Shown here: positions 1-11,359 of the stretch, in pieces | How positions within the stretch are numbered: position 1 is the first letter of the stretch | Layout of the letters: the number at the start of each line of letters is the position of its first letter | Source of the DNA: Nitrospirota bacterium | GTDB lineage: Bacteria > Nitrospirota > Nitrospiria > Nitrospirales > Nitrospiraceae | Assembly: GCA_963703955.1 (NCBI GenBank) | Contig: CAVPGK010000015.1 | Span: forward strand, 32,001-96,000 | DNA: 64,000 nucleotides | Direction: 5' to 3' | The notes under the pieces: model-generated | Databases searched by the model: none | The model's input: only the letters and a program-made list of their open reading frames with translations | Told to the model about the DNA's origin: nothing | Position numbers and translations under genes: made by a program

Positions 1-627
1 CCGGGGTCGTATGATCTCATCGGCCGGACCTTGGATGATGCGGCCGGCGAGGCGTTCGACAAGGCGGCCAAAATGTTGGGGTTGGGTTTTCCCGGGGGCC
101 CTGCCATCGACCGGATGGCACCCAGCGGCAGTGCCGACGCGATCCGATTTCCCAGGCCGTATCTTCGCACACACTCGCTCGACTTCAGTTTTAGCGGACT
201 CAAGACGGCGTTGCTGTACCATCTGAGGGATCTGGACCGTTCAGGTCAGCCGAGACGCGTGGCCGACCTTGCCGCCAGCTACCAAGAAGCGATAGTCGAG
301 GTGTTGGTTGAAAAGGCCTTCGAAGCGGTTCGACGATACAGCGTGCGGGCGTTGGCCGTCGTCGGGGGTGTTTCCGCCAACTCCCGGCTCCGTGCGTTAC
401 TCTGTTCACGAGCTGTGGCTAGCGGCATCCGATTGGCCGTTCCACGCCCGGGCTATTGCACGGATAATGCGGCCATGATTGCCGCCGCCGGCCGGCAGGC
501 CTATTTGCGCGGACGAGTGGCTACGTGGGACCTGGAAGCCACCCCGGAATTATCCTTGCCGGCGCGGGGCGAGCCGTCGAACAACGAGAAGCCGAAATCA
601 AGAAGACGCTCCACTGCACGCGGATAA
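1..627 (+). CDS. tsaD: tRNA N6-adenosine threonylcarbamoyltransferase (5'-truncated by window edge)
   Basis: Motifs GRTLDDAAGEAFDK, DFSFSGLKTA, GGVSANSRLR and CTDNAAMIA; frame open from base 1. Confidence 0.95.
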   Translation, partial: PGSYDLIGRTLDDAAGEAFDKAAKMLGLGFPGGPAIDRMAPSGSADAIRFPRPYLRTHSLDFSFSGLKTALLYHLRDLDRSGQPRRVADLAASYQEAIVEVLVEKAFEAVRRYSVRALAVVGGVSANSRLRALLCSRAVASGIRLAVPRPGYCTDNAAMIAAAGRQAYLRGRVATWDLEATPELSLPARGEPSNNEKPKSRRRSTARG

Positions 628-639
628 GGAGAGCAGAAG

Positions 640-2405
640 ATCCCAACCGTCCGTGGAAGTATCAACGGCCTGAAAGCCAATCAGTTGCTGCGACTGGAGC
701 ACCTGTATCGTCGCCGGATACCGGTCGAGAAGGTCATTAGCGCTGAATTGGCCCGAACCTGTACGGAACTCTCGCATGAGATTCGACGTCAGATTGGTCT
801 GGTGATTACGCGGAGGGGTCTGATCGAGCAAGTCATCGTCGGAAATAATCGCGAGCTTATCCTCACGGATCTCTCGAAATTTCGAACGGGGCCGCGATCA
901 TTGCGAGGCGTCAGACTTGTTCACACGCATCTCCACAACGAGCCGTTGTCGCATGACGATCTGACCGACCTTGCGCTGCTTCGTCTTGATCTGATCGTGG
1001 CCGTCGGTGTCGCTGAGGACGGACTTCCGGCCGATCTGTATCTCGCGCACATGTTACCGCCGAATTCAAGCGGGCAGGTGTATCAGGTCTGGGACCCTGT
1101 TCCTTTCCACGCCTTCCAGTTTGAATGCAACACCTTCGTCGATGATCTTGAGGGTGATTTGGCGAAATCGAACTCCAGCCATATGGTCAAGGAGGGGCAT
1201 GAATCGGCTATCCTGATCAGTGTGTCGACCAAGAGTCGCGCTCACCAGGAGGAGCGATTGGAAGAGCTCGTGGACCTCGCTCGATCGGACGGCATTACCG
1301 TGTTGGAGACCATCGTCCAGCGCGTGCAGGACATTCACCCGAAGTATCTACTGGGGAGCGGGAAGCTGAGAGAAGTGGTCATCAAGGCCTTGCAGCAGGG
1401 TGCGGACCTGCTCGTCTTCGATCAGGACCTGACACCGGCGCAGGTCCGGGCGATCGCTGCGGTCACCGAGATGAAAGTCATTGATCGAACGCAGCTGATC
1501 CTGGACATCTTCGCACGACGAGCCCACAGCCGCGAAGGGAAGATTCAGGTCGAGTTGGCCCAACTCCGATACCTGCTTCCACCGACTGTCGGGCCTCGGC
1601 GCGGCGCTTTCCCGCTTAGGGGGCGGGATCGGCGGACGAGGTCCCGGCGAGACGAAATTGGAAACCGGATCGGCGGAAAGTCCGGGACCGCATCAACCAC
1701 CTGGAGCGTGAACTGCTCACCGTTACACGCCATCGAGACCAGCGACGAGCGCGGCGGTCTCGCCAGCGAATTCGGATTATCTCTATTGTCGGCTATACCA
1801 ATGCGGGCAAATCGACACTCCTCAACGCGCTGACGGAGAGCGAGGTCCCTGCGCAGGACCGCCCATTCGAAACGCTCGACACATCCAGCCGTCGTCTCCG
1901 CGTCCCTCGTGGCCGTCCTGGGACTGAGCGGGACAAGAGCCCGTCTTGGCGGGATCGGGCTGGGAGAGTGCAATGGTCACCGGAGTGCGGCAGTGACACC
2001 GACGTCATCATTACCGATACAGTGGGGTTCATTCGCGACCTCCCGAAGGATCTCATGGGAGCCTTCCGCACGACTTTGGAAGAACTGCGCGACGCTGATT
2101 TGCTGCTTCATCTGGCGGATGCCAGCTCTCGTGACCTAGACGGACAGATTCGCGCGGTCGAGGCCATCCTGTCGGAGCTTGGGCTGGATCACATCCCTCG
2201 GGTGCTGGTCCTGAATAAGATCGACCGGCTCCATGCCCACGAGGCGGAAGCCTTAGCTCGTCGCTACCGCGCGCTCGGTATTTCCGCCTTGAGCCCTCAT
2301 ACGCTCTCACCATTGGTGGAGTGTCTGGCTCGGTCACTCACGGAAGCAACTCGGTGCTCCCATCGCTCGACTGAGGCATGCTCGGCTCCGGCGATGCCAT
2401 CATGA
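640..2405 (+). CDS. hflX: GTPase HflX, long N-terminal form; two apparent +1 indels (~1582, ~1667) and an in-frame ~28-aa insert
   Basis: Read across frames: IDRTQLILDIFARRA, GGGIGGRGPGETKLET, GYTNAGKSTLLNALT, FETLD, ITDTVGFIRDLP, NKID. Proposed ATC start at 640 behind AAGGAG. Confidence 0.9.
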
Positions 2406-2432
2406 CGCACAGGACGAGTACGTGGTGAGACC

Positions 2433-3143
2433 GTGCGCACCGGGATGAAAGAGGTACGCCCTGCGAAAGGGGACCGTCCCCGCGAACCTGATCGCGCCCT
2501 CCGGCGGCGGTTGTCAAAGATCATCGCTGTGCTCGCAACAGCGATGCCGCACGCGCGAGTGGAGTTGGATCACCAGACGTCCCTGCAACTTCTTGCCGCG
2601 ACCATCCTGTCGGCTCAGTGCACCGACCAGCGAGTCAATCAGGTCACTCCGGCGCTGTTCCGTCGGTATCCAGAGGCGGTGGATTACTCGAAAGCCGATC
2701 AGGCCGAGTTAGAAGCGCTCATCCGCCCTACGGGCTTCTTCAAAAGCAAAGCGCGAAGCCTGATCGCATGTGGTCGGGCCTTGTGCGATCGATACGACGG
2801 GAAGGTGCCGGAGACAATGGAGGCCCTGGTGTCGCTTCCTGGAGTCGGCCGCAAGACCGCGAACGTGATATTGGGCAACTGCTTCGGGAAACCGGCGGTC
2901 GTGGTCGATACGCATGTGAAGCGAGTAGCGCATCGCCTTGGCTTGACATCTGCAAGCGACCCGGACACGATCGAAGAGGATCTCCGGGCCTTAATCCCGG
3001 TTCCGCAGTGGACCCTCGGCTCTCAGCGGCTTCTGTTACATGGTCGTTACGTCTGTCTCGCTCGACGACCTCAGTGCGAGCACTGTCCCATCTACAAAGA
3101 GTGTCCTTGGGAGGGCAAGTGGCCGAATCCATCAAAAGCATGA
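2433..3143 (+). CDS. nth: Endonuclease III (start uncertain, 2433 or 2445)
   Basis: LSAQCTD, HhH motif LPGVGRKTANV, VDTHV, C-terminal 4Fe-4S motif CLARRPQCEHCPIYKEC. Confidence 0.95.
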   Translation: MRTGMKEVRPAKGDRPREPDRALRRRLSKIIAVLATAMPHARVELDHQTSLQLLAATILSAQCTDQRVNQVTPALFRRYPEAVDYSKADQAELEALIRPTGFFKSKARSLIACGRALCDRYDGKVPETMEALVSLPGVGRKTANVILGNCFGKPAVVVDTHVKRVAHRLGLTSASDPDTIEEDLRALIPVPQWTLGSQRLLLHGRYVCLARRPQCEHCPIYKECPWEGKWPNPSKA

Positions 3144-4006
3144 CCGGATACGGAAGACGGGAGGCGGTCTGGGCCGGCGGAAGGGTAGCGGCGGAATTGC
3201 GATCCGTCAATCACCGATTCTGCGAGATTGTGATCCGGTTGCCCCGATCGCTATCCTCGCTGGAGGACGAACTGAAGAAGTTGATCCAGCAGCGGTGCGC
3301 CAGAGGCAGGCTTGAATTAGTCATCTCCTTCATTGGAGGGAAAGAGGCGGGGAAAACCTTGACTCTTGACCGTACGCTGGCGAGACAGTACCATAGTTTG
3401 CTTAGAGATTTGCAACGTGAGTTTCGCTTGAGTGGATCCCTTGATGTCGCCCTTCTGGCGGGATTTCGTGAGATAATCTCGACCATTGATCGGCCCGTCG
3501 AAGAGAGGCGGCTCAAGCAGGTCGTGAAACGCCTCGTCGCCGGCGCCCTATCTGACCTCAACACGATGCGCCGCCGAGAAGGTGCGGCATTAGCGCACGA
3601 CACCAGAACTCGACTCCAGGCAGTCCGCGAGGAGATCGCGCGAGTCCACGAGAGAATTCCCCTGGTGGTTCAGGACCATTTTGATCGCATGAAAGCGCGG
3701 GTCGAAAAATTGGTGGGAGCCGACGATCTCGATCTCGGTCGCCTGCGCCAAGAACTTGCCCTATACGCTGACCGGTGCGATGTGTCTGAAGAGGTAACGA
3801 GATTGGGATCCCATCTTGGTCAGTTCGACGGAGCGCTCAAGAGTCGAGAGCCGATCGGAAGGACGCTTGATTTCCTCCTTCAGGAAATGGGGCGTGAGAC
3901 TAATACCATCGGATCCAAAGCCAACGACGCGGAAATCGCCGCGCATGTTGTTCAAATCAAGGGGGAGTTGGAACGCATTCGAGAGCAGGTTCAGAACATT
4001 GAATAA
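3119..4006 (+). CDS. yicC: YicC/YloC family endoribonuclease
   Basis: IKSMTGYGR, SVNHRF, GRTLDFLLQEMGRETNTIGSKA, ERIREQVQNIE; GTG at 3119 behind GGGAGG; classic position upstream of gmk. Confidence 0.92.
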   Translation: MAESIKSMTGYGRREAVWAGGRVAAELRSVNHRFCEIVIRLPRSLSSLEDELKKLIQQRCARGRLELVISFIGGKEAGKTLTLDRTLARQYHSLLRDLQREFRLSGSLDVALLAGFREIISTIDRPVEERRLKQVVKRLVAGALSDLNTMRRREGAALAHDTRTRLQAVREEIARVHERIPLVVQDHFDRMKARVEKLVGADDLDLGRLRQELALYADRCDVSEEVTRLGSHLGQFDGALKSREPIGRTLDFLLQEMGRETNTIGSKANDAEIAAHVVQIKGELERIREQVQNIE

Positions 4007-4024
4007 CCTGGAGCCACACGACCG

Positions 4025-4732
4025 ATGAGGAATCAAGGACAGCCGAAGAAGGAAGCCATAGAACGGCGTGGATTGCTGTTTGTCGTCTCAGCGCCGTCCG
4101 GCACAGGCAAGACGACGCTGTGTAAAGAGCTGATCTCACTGGTTTCGGGTCTGCGCCATTCGATCTCCTACACAACCCGTCAGCCGCGTCCCGGGGAGAT
4201 TCACGGTCGTGAATACTTTTTTGTCGATGAAGCTCAGTTTCACCAGATGGTGCACCGGAACGAGTTCGCCGAGTGGGCGCCCGTGTACGGACATTTTTAC
4301 GGAACCCCACGACAAGGCCTGATGGAGATATTGGATCAAGGCAGCGATGTCTTGTTGGAGATCGATGTGCAAGGAGCGATGCAGATCAAGAAAAAGTTCG
4401 ACGATGCCGTCTACATCTATATTATGCCGCCGTCGATCGAGGCATTGGAGACCCGTTTGCGCCAACGAGCCGGCGACACACCACAGGAGATCGAACGCCG
4501 ACTGCAGAAAGCTCGTGAGGAACTGTGGAGCTACCGCGATTACTACTATATCGTGAAGAATGACGACATGAAGCAAGCGCTCAGAGAATTGGAAGCGATC
4601 GTTCTGGCCGAGAGGATCAAGACCAAGCGCCTCGATTGGACTTGGCTCGAAGAGAATTTCATTCGAGGGAAAGGCGTTTCACGGAGGACCGAAAAGAGAG
4701 CTCACAACGACAAAGGAGATCGACAGCCATGA
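4025..4732 (+). CDS. gmk: Guanylate kinase
   Basis: SAPSGTGKTT P-loop, SYTTRQPRPGE, YGT, EIDVQGA. Confidence 0.95.
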   Translation: MRNQGQPKKEAIERRGLLFVVSAPSGTGKTTLCKELISLVSGLRHSISYTTRQPRPGEIHGREYFFVDEAQFHQMVHRNEFAEWAPVYGHFYGTPRQGLMEILDQGSDVLLEIDVQGAMQIKKKFDDAVYIYIMPPSIEALETRLRQRAGDTPQEIERRLQKAREELWSYRDYYYIVKNDDMKQALRELEAIVLAERIKTKRLDWTWLEENFIRGKGVSRRTEKRAHNDKGDRQP

Positions 4733-5097
4733 CCGACACATTATCTTTATTGCCGGAAGATAGTCAGCGGCGATTTGATTCTCGACATCGATTGGTCATT
4801 GCGGCCTCACAACGGGCCAAGCATCTGATGCAGGGCGCCAAGCCGGTGACCGCAACAAAGTTCACGAAAGAAACCACCATCGCGCTTGAGGAGGTCCTGC
4901 AGGGAAAGATAGCGTTCCTGACAGGCCAAGAAGCCCGGCAGGCGATGAAGGAGGTCAAACGGACGAGGGACGGCGATGTCGAACGTATGGCCGTGATGAG
5001 CACGGGAGCAGGTGAAGACGCGCGAGAAATCAAGAAGGAGCTCAGTGTATATGTGGATGATTCGGAGAAGGCGACCGAACCTGAAGCCGAGGAATAG
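4729..5097 (+). CDS. rpoZ: RNA polymerase omega subunit with acidic C-terminal extension
   Basis: SRHRLVIAASQRAKHL...KETTIALEEV; ATGA overlap with gmk; gmk-rpoZ-coaBC synteny. Confidence 0.88.
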   Translation: MTDTLSLLPEDSQRRFDSRHRLVIAASQRAKHLMQGAKPVTATKFTKETTIALEEVLQGKIAFLTGQEARQAMKEVKRTRDGDVERMAVMSTGAGEDAREIKKELSVYVDDSEKATEPEAEE

Positions 5098-5101
5098 AGA
5101 A

Positions 5102-5247
5102 GCAGGGTGGTGGGTGAGCTGGTTCAGTGCTCGCGCACCGCGCGCATTTTCACCCGCCTGCCCCAGGCGCGCCAAGACGTGCCCATTCCCGATCAGAATG
5201 TGCTCGGCGGACGCGCGCAGTGTGAACCAACTCGCCCACCACCCTGC
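5102..5247. mobile_element. MITE-like element with ~25-bp imperfect terminal inverted repeats
   Basis: GCAGGGTGGTGGGTGAGCTGGTTCA ... TGAACCAACTCGCCCACCACCCTGC; internal segments shared with 29191-29345. Confidence 0.8.
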
Positions 5248-5332
5248 GCAGAGCTAAATGAATGAAGAAGTAGACAGGGCGAATCATTCCGGTAGTCCAC
5301 GCAATTCCTCCAGAGCTAGATGATTGAAGGTA

Positions 5333-6592
5333 ATGAGCAAGCCTGGTTTGAAGTTTCTTGGTAAACGCATCGTCCTGGGAGTTACCGGGAGCATCGCAGC
5401 GTATAAAGCCGTCGGCTTGTTGCGCGCCTTAGTACAGGAAGGAGCCGATGTGCCGGTGGTCATGACCGAGGCCGCCACACGATTTGTGAACCCGCTCACC
5501 TTTGAGGTGTTGTCCGGCCATCCCGTGGCCACCGATCTTTTTGCCGCCCACCAGGAGATGCTCCACCTCACCCTGCCAGAACGGGCGGATATCATCGTCA
5601 TCGCCCCGGCGACCGCGAACACGCTGGCCAAGTGTGCACAAGGAATGGCAGATGATCTCTTGACCACGATGATCCTAACCACCTCGTGTCCTCTTCTCAT
5701 GGCTCCCGCGATGGATGGTGCGATGTGGGACCACCCCACGGTTCAGGCGAATGTGACTACGTTGAGGACGAGAGGTGTGACCGTGCTGGACCCGCAAGAA
5801 GGCTCGCTCGCGTCCGGGCGAGTGGGAAAAGGCCGTCTGACCGATGAATCCACCATTCTCTCCGCAATCCAAGCGGTTCTTGCTCCGCGGCGCGACTGGC
5901 TCGGACAACGGGTATTGGTCTCGGCCGGACCGACTCAGGAAGCGATCGACCCCGTCCGGTTTATTTCCAATCGCTCCTCTGGGAAGATGGGCTACGCGAT
6001 CGCTCAGGCCGCGCGGGAGCGCGGCGCGGAAGTGGTCCTGGTAAGCGGACCGACCGCGTTGGCCATTCCAACGGGAGTCGAGCATGTCCCGGTCGAGGCA
6101 GCCGAGGAAATGGCGAAGGCGATGCTCTTGCGGCTGCCTTGGTCCACAACCGTGATCATGGCGGCGGCGGTCGCCGACTTTCGTCCTCGACGGCCCGGCG
6201 CGAAGAAGATCAAGAAGGGCGAGGCGGCATGGCAACCCCTCGAATTGGAACCGACCGATGACATCGTGACCCTGTTGTGCCAACGACGAACCTCCCAGAT
6301 CATCGTCGGCTTCGCCGCGGAAACCGAATCGGTTGTCGCGCATGCCCGCGACAAACTGGTCCGGAAAGGACTCGATCTCATCGTCGGCAACAATGTCGCG
6401 GAAAAAGGGTCCGGGTTTGGCTCGGATACAAGCGCGGCCGTCCTGATTAGCCGCGATCACAGGATCATGGAAGTTTCCACCGTGACGAAGCGCGTGTTGG
6501 CTGATCGTATCTTGGATGCGGTAATCTCCCTCCCGAGATCCCGTGCAACGAGAACAACGGGCACCGACATTTCGCGCTCCTCAGAAGCATAG
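5333..6592 (+). CDS. coaBC: Bifunctional phosphopantothenoylcysteine decarboxylase/phosphopantothenate-cysteine ligase
   Basis: GVTGSIAAYK, APATAN, PAM, AGPTQEAIDPVRFISNRSSGKMG, AAVADF, GFAAET. Confidence 0.95.
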   Translation: MSKPGLKFLGKRIVLGVTGSIAAYKAVGLLRALVQEGADVPVVMTEAATRFVNPLTFEVLSGHPVATDLFAAHQEMLHLTLPERADIIVIAPATANTLAKCAQGMADDLLTTMILTTSCPLLMAPAMDGAMWDHPTVQANVTTLRTRGVTVLDPQEGSLASGRVGKGRLTDESTILSAIQAVLAPRRDWLGQRVLVSAGPTQEAIDPVRFISNRSSGKMGYAIAQAARERGAEVVLVSGPTALAIPTGVEHVPVEAAEEMAKAMLLRLPWSTTVIMAAAVADFRPRRPGAKKIKKGEAAWQPLELEPTDDIVTLLCQRRTSQIIVGFAAETESVVAHARDKLVRKGLDLIVGNNVAEKGSGFGSDTSAAVLISRDHRIMEVSTVTKRVLADRILDAVISLPRSRATRTTGTDISRSSEA

Positions 6593-6619
6593 CGACCCGT
6601 CATGACCCACCCGTGTGGT

Positions 6620-6648
6620 TTGACCCTCCGGCGTGAGCCTGTTACAAT
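6620..6648 (+). promoter_or_regulatory. Sigma70-type promoter for aroQ-efp-accBC
   Basis: TTGACC-17 bp-TACAAT with extended -10 TG. Confidence 0.7.
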
Positions 6649-6705
6649 GGCGCCGCTTCGCAGCTCCGGCAAGGTGTGGCTCTGCCGCCCATCGTGAGAG
6701 CACGA

Positions 6706-7164
6706 ATGTTCCGTTTTCTGGTGCTACATGGACCCAATTTGAACTTGCTGGGCACCCGCGAGCAGTCGGTATATGGAAACCTGTCCCTCAAGGAGATCGA
6801 TACGGCGATTCAGGAGCTAGCCAAGCAAGAAAGCATCCGGGTTGACATCCGCCAATCCAATGTCGAAGGTGAGCTTGTGACCTGGATCCAAGAGGCCAAA
6901 GATCGGTTTGACGCCATTGTCATCAATCCGGCCGCCTACACGCATACCAGCATAGCGATCCGCGATGCGATAGCGGCTGTGGCGATTCCAACCGTGGAAG
7001 TGCATCTGAGCAATATTCATAAACGTGAGTCGTTCAGGCGCCGATCTTACATCGCCGGCGTTGCCTTGGGGCAGATCTCAGGTTTTGGCTATGCCGGCTA
7101 TCTCCTTGGTATCCGGGCCGCGCTCGAGCATCTGAAGACGACACGCCCCACGTTGGTACGGTAA
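6706..7164 (+). CDS. aroQ: Type II 3-dehydroquinate dehydratase
   Basis: [35 protein letters not shown]. Confidence 0.95.
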   Translation: MFRFLVLHGPNLNLLGTREQSVYGNLSLKEIDTAIQELAKQESIRVDIRQSNVEGELVTWIQEAKDRFDAIVINPAAYTHTSIAIRDAIAAVAIPTVEVHLSNIHKRESFRRRSYIAGVALGQISGFGYAGYLLGIRAALEHLKTTRPTLVR

Positions 7165-7198
7165 GCAGAAGGGGTCTGAGGCACAAGGAAACCTGCGT

Positions 7199-7759
7199 GT
7201 GATTTCTACAGCCGATTTTCGTAACGGCGTACGTCTTCAAATCGAGGGAGAGCCGTTTCATATCGTCGAATTCCAGCACGTGAAACCCGGGAAAGGTGGG
7301 GCGTTCGTGCGCACCAAATTGAAGAGCTACAAGACAGGAAACGTCTTGGACCGAACCTTCCGATCCGGCGAGCGCTTCGAAGAGCCCAACTTGGAAGAAT
7401 GCGAGATGCAGTTTCTCTATGCCGCCGGTGACGCCTACACCTTCATGGACAACCGCAGTTTTGAGCAGTTCACCTACGACAAGAAGCAACTCGGCGAGAA
7501 TGCCGATCTGCTCAAAGAAAACATGGTCGCCAAAATTCTGCTCTATGAGCATCAACCGCTCGCCGTTGAATTGCCCACGTTCATCGAGCTTAAGGTGGTG
7601 GATGCGGAGCCCGGCGTGCGCGGCGACACCGCTTCAGGCGGAAGCAAACCTGCCATCGTGGAGACCGGAGCCGTGATCAAGGTCCCCCTCTACCTCGAAA
7701 TCGGGGAGGTCATTCGTATCGATACTCGAACGAGAGAATACGTGGAGCGGGTGAGGTGA
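7199..7759 (+). CDS. efp: Elongation factor P
   Basis: QHVKPGKGGAFVR loop, PGVRGDTA, RIDTRTREYVER. Confidence 0.96.
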   Translation: MISTADFRNGVRLQIEGEPFHIVEFQHVKPGKGGAFVRTKLKSYKTGNVLDRTFRSGERFEEPNLEECEMQFLYAAGDAYTFMDNRSFEQFTYDKKQLGENADLLKENMVAKILLYEHQPLAVELPTFIELKVVDAEPGVRGDTASGGSKPAIVETGAVIKVPLYLEIGEVIRIDTRTREYVERVR

Positions 7760-8322
7760 AAAGGCCAAAAGCTCGTGGTCGTGTCGGCCAGCACAGTCAG
7801 CAACGCGAGGGAATCTCCGGTACAGTCTCCAACTCGCCGGGGGGAGCTTCGGGAGTGCTCGGGGATCCGGCCCAACCGATCCAGGCCTTCATCGATCTCC
7901 TGAAACAGAACAACCTGGCTGAATTGGAAGTGGAGCATGAAGGGTTCCGGATCAGACTCAGGCGTGAGTCGGTCATCGAGTCCGCTCCTTCGGCGCGACC
8001 GGAGAGCGTCCTACCGGGTCAGGAAACTCCCACTGAGAGTCTGGCCGTCTCGGTGCCCGGTGATGTGGCCGGAAAAGTCACAATCACCTCTCCGATCGTG
8101 GGGACCTTCTATCGCTCTCCGTCTCCTGACGCGGACCCATACGTTGAGGAAGGAGACCTCGTCAAGAAAGGTCAAGTGCTGTGTATTGTCGAGGCAATGA
8201 AACTGATGAATGAAATCGAATCTGAAATGGACGGACGGATTGTGAAGATCCTGGCCGAGAGCACCAAACCTGTCGAATACGGACAGCCGTTGTTCTTGAT
8301 CGATCCCAACCCCGCATCTTAG
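7756..8322 (+). CDS. accB: Acetyl-CoA carboxylase biotin carboxyl carrier protein
   Basis: SPIVGTFYRSP and biotin site EAMKLMNEI; lies between efp and accC. Confidence 0.94.
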   Translation: MKRPKARGRVGQHSQQREGISGTVSNSPGGASGVLGDPAQPIQAFIDLLKQNNLAELEVEHEGFRIRLRRESVIESAPSARPESVLPGQETPTESLAVSVPGDVAGKVTITSPIVGTFYRSPSPDADPYVEEGDLVKKGQVLCIVEAMKLMNEIESEMDGRIVKILAESTKPVEYGQPLFLIDPNPAS

Positions 8323-8324
8323 GT

Positions 8325-8504
8325 AGGATGTTGAACAAGACCTCCGACTTCGTTCTCGGTTTGCTAACATCCTCAACGGATGACCCGGCCGCCTCATCGT
8401 CTCGGAGGCCCGCGCAAACGTGGTGCTCCTTATTCGTCGCCCCGTGCGGCCCCAGAGGGTACGCGTCCTGTGTTAGCCTCACCTGCAGCCTTTTGAACCG
8501 TCCT
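8325..8504. mobile_element. MITE-like intergenic repeat, long variant
   Basis: Ends AGGATGTTGAACAAG / CTTTTGAACCGTCCT; internal GTTCTCG..ATCCTCAACG..AGGGTACGC shared with 44933-45057. Confidence 0.75.
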
Positions 8505-8569
8505 CTCGCGTCAGCGCCAAAATTCCAAACTCCCTCACCGGATCCAAGTACATCCCCCAGGAGCCGGAC

Positions 8570-9919
8570 GTGTTCAAGAAAATCCTAATTGCAAATCGCG
8601 GCGAGATTGCTCTGCGAGTGATCCGAGCCTGCAAGGAGTTGGGAATCAAGACGGTTGCCGTCCATTCCGAGGTGGACGCCAACGCCTTGCATGTGCGGCT
8701 GGCCGATGAGCACGTCTGCGTGGGGCCCGCGGAAGACGCGCTGAGTTATCGGAATATTCCCAACGTCCTGAGCGCCGCCGAGATTACCGGTGCAGAGGCC
8801 ATCCATCCGGGTTATGGCTTCCTGGCGGAAAACGCCCACTTTGCCGAAGTGTGCGAATCCATCGGGGTCAAGTTTATCGGCCCGACTTCAGAGAATATCG
8901 CCACGATGGGAGACAAAGCCCGGGCCAGAGAGATCATGGCTCGGCGATCTATCCCGGTCCTTCCCGGCAGTCCCGGCGAGCTTCGCAGCGAGACCGATGC
9001 CCTGGAAGCGGCGCGCAAGATCGGGTTCCCGGTTATCATTAAAGCCTCCGCCGGCGGAGGCGGGCGCGGCATGCGAGTGGTCAACAAAGAAGAGGATCTC
9101 GTGCGTGCGTTCCAGGCGGCTCAATCCGAAGCCAAATCCACCTTCGGCAATGAAGCCGTCTATCTGGAACGTTACTTTCTCGAGCCGCGGCATATCGAGG
9201 TCCAGGTGCTGGCCGATGAGCGGGGACGGACGGTCTATCTCGGTGAACGAGACTGTTCCATTCAGCGGCGCTATCAGAAGCTGGTGGAAGAAACCCCGTC
9301 ACCGGCCGTCGACGAGAGGTTGCGGCGCGAAATCGGTCGAGTGGCGGTGGAGGCGATTAAGGCCGTCCATTATCGGAATGCCGGGACCGTAGAATTCCTG
9401 CTGGATAAAGATCAGAACTTTTACTTCATGGAAGTGAATGCTCGTATCCAGGTTGAACACCCGGTGACGGAAATGATTACCGGGATCGACCTGATCAAAG
9501 AACAGATTCGCATCGCGGCCGGGGTCTCGCTGGCATTCCGGCAGCAGGACATTCGTCTCACCGGACACAGCTTTGAATGCCGGATCAACGCCGAAGACCC
9601 CGAGAAGTTTACGCCGTGCCCGGGTCTCATCACCCGCTATCACTCGCCGGGCGGCTTCGGCATTCGCGTTGACTCAGCCATGGAGGCCCACAGCATGGTC
9701 GTCCCGCATTATGATTCCCTGATTGCGAAATTGATTTCCCATGGCCAAACCCGTGACGAGTCCATGGCTCGCATGCGACGGGCCCTTGACGAGTTTGTCA
9801 TCGAAGGCATCAAAACGACCATCCCGCTTCACCGACGCATTTTTGCCGACGCCGAATTTCAGAAGGGTCGGGTGTCCACCAGTTTTCTCGATCGTTTCCT
9901 CGCCAGCCAATCTTCTTGA
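8570..9919 (+). CDS. accC: Biotin carboxylase
   Basis: ILIANRGEIA, HPGYGFLAEN, GGGGRGM, RDCSIQRR, RIQVEH, RINAED. Confidence 0.96.
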   Translation: MFKKILIANRGEIALRVIRACKELGIKTVAVHSEVDANALHVRLADEHVCVGPAEDALSYRNIPNVLSAAEITGAEAIHPGYGFLAENAHFAEVCESIGVKFIGPTSENIATMGDKARAREIMARRSIPVLPGSPGELRSETDALEAARKIGFPVIIKASAGGGGRGMRVVNKEEDLVRAFQAAQSEAKSTFGNEAVYLERYFLEPRHIEVQVLADERGRTVYLGERDCSIQRRYQKLVEETPSPAVDERLRREIGRVAVEAIKAVHYRNAGTVEFLLDKDQNFYFMEVNARIQVEHPVTEMITGIDLIKEQIRIAAGVSLAFRQQDIRLTGHSFECRINAEDPEKFTPCPGLITRYHSPGGFGIRVDSAMEAHSMVVPHYDSLIAKLISHGQTRDESMARMRRALDEFVIEGIKTTIPLHRRIFADAEFQKGRVSTSFLDRFLASQSS

Positions 9920-9936
9920 TCCCAACTGAGAAGCAC

Positions 9937-11350
<1,414 letters not shown>

Positions 11351-11359
11351 GGTGGTTAA

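Noticed and set aside
2618..3118. Long N-terminal extension of YicC in the ORF track
   Set aside because: Overlaps nth in another frame; SD plus GTG at 3119 gives a normal YicC start.
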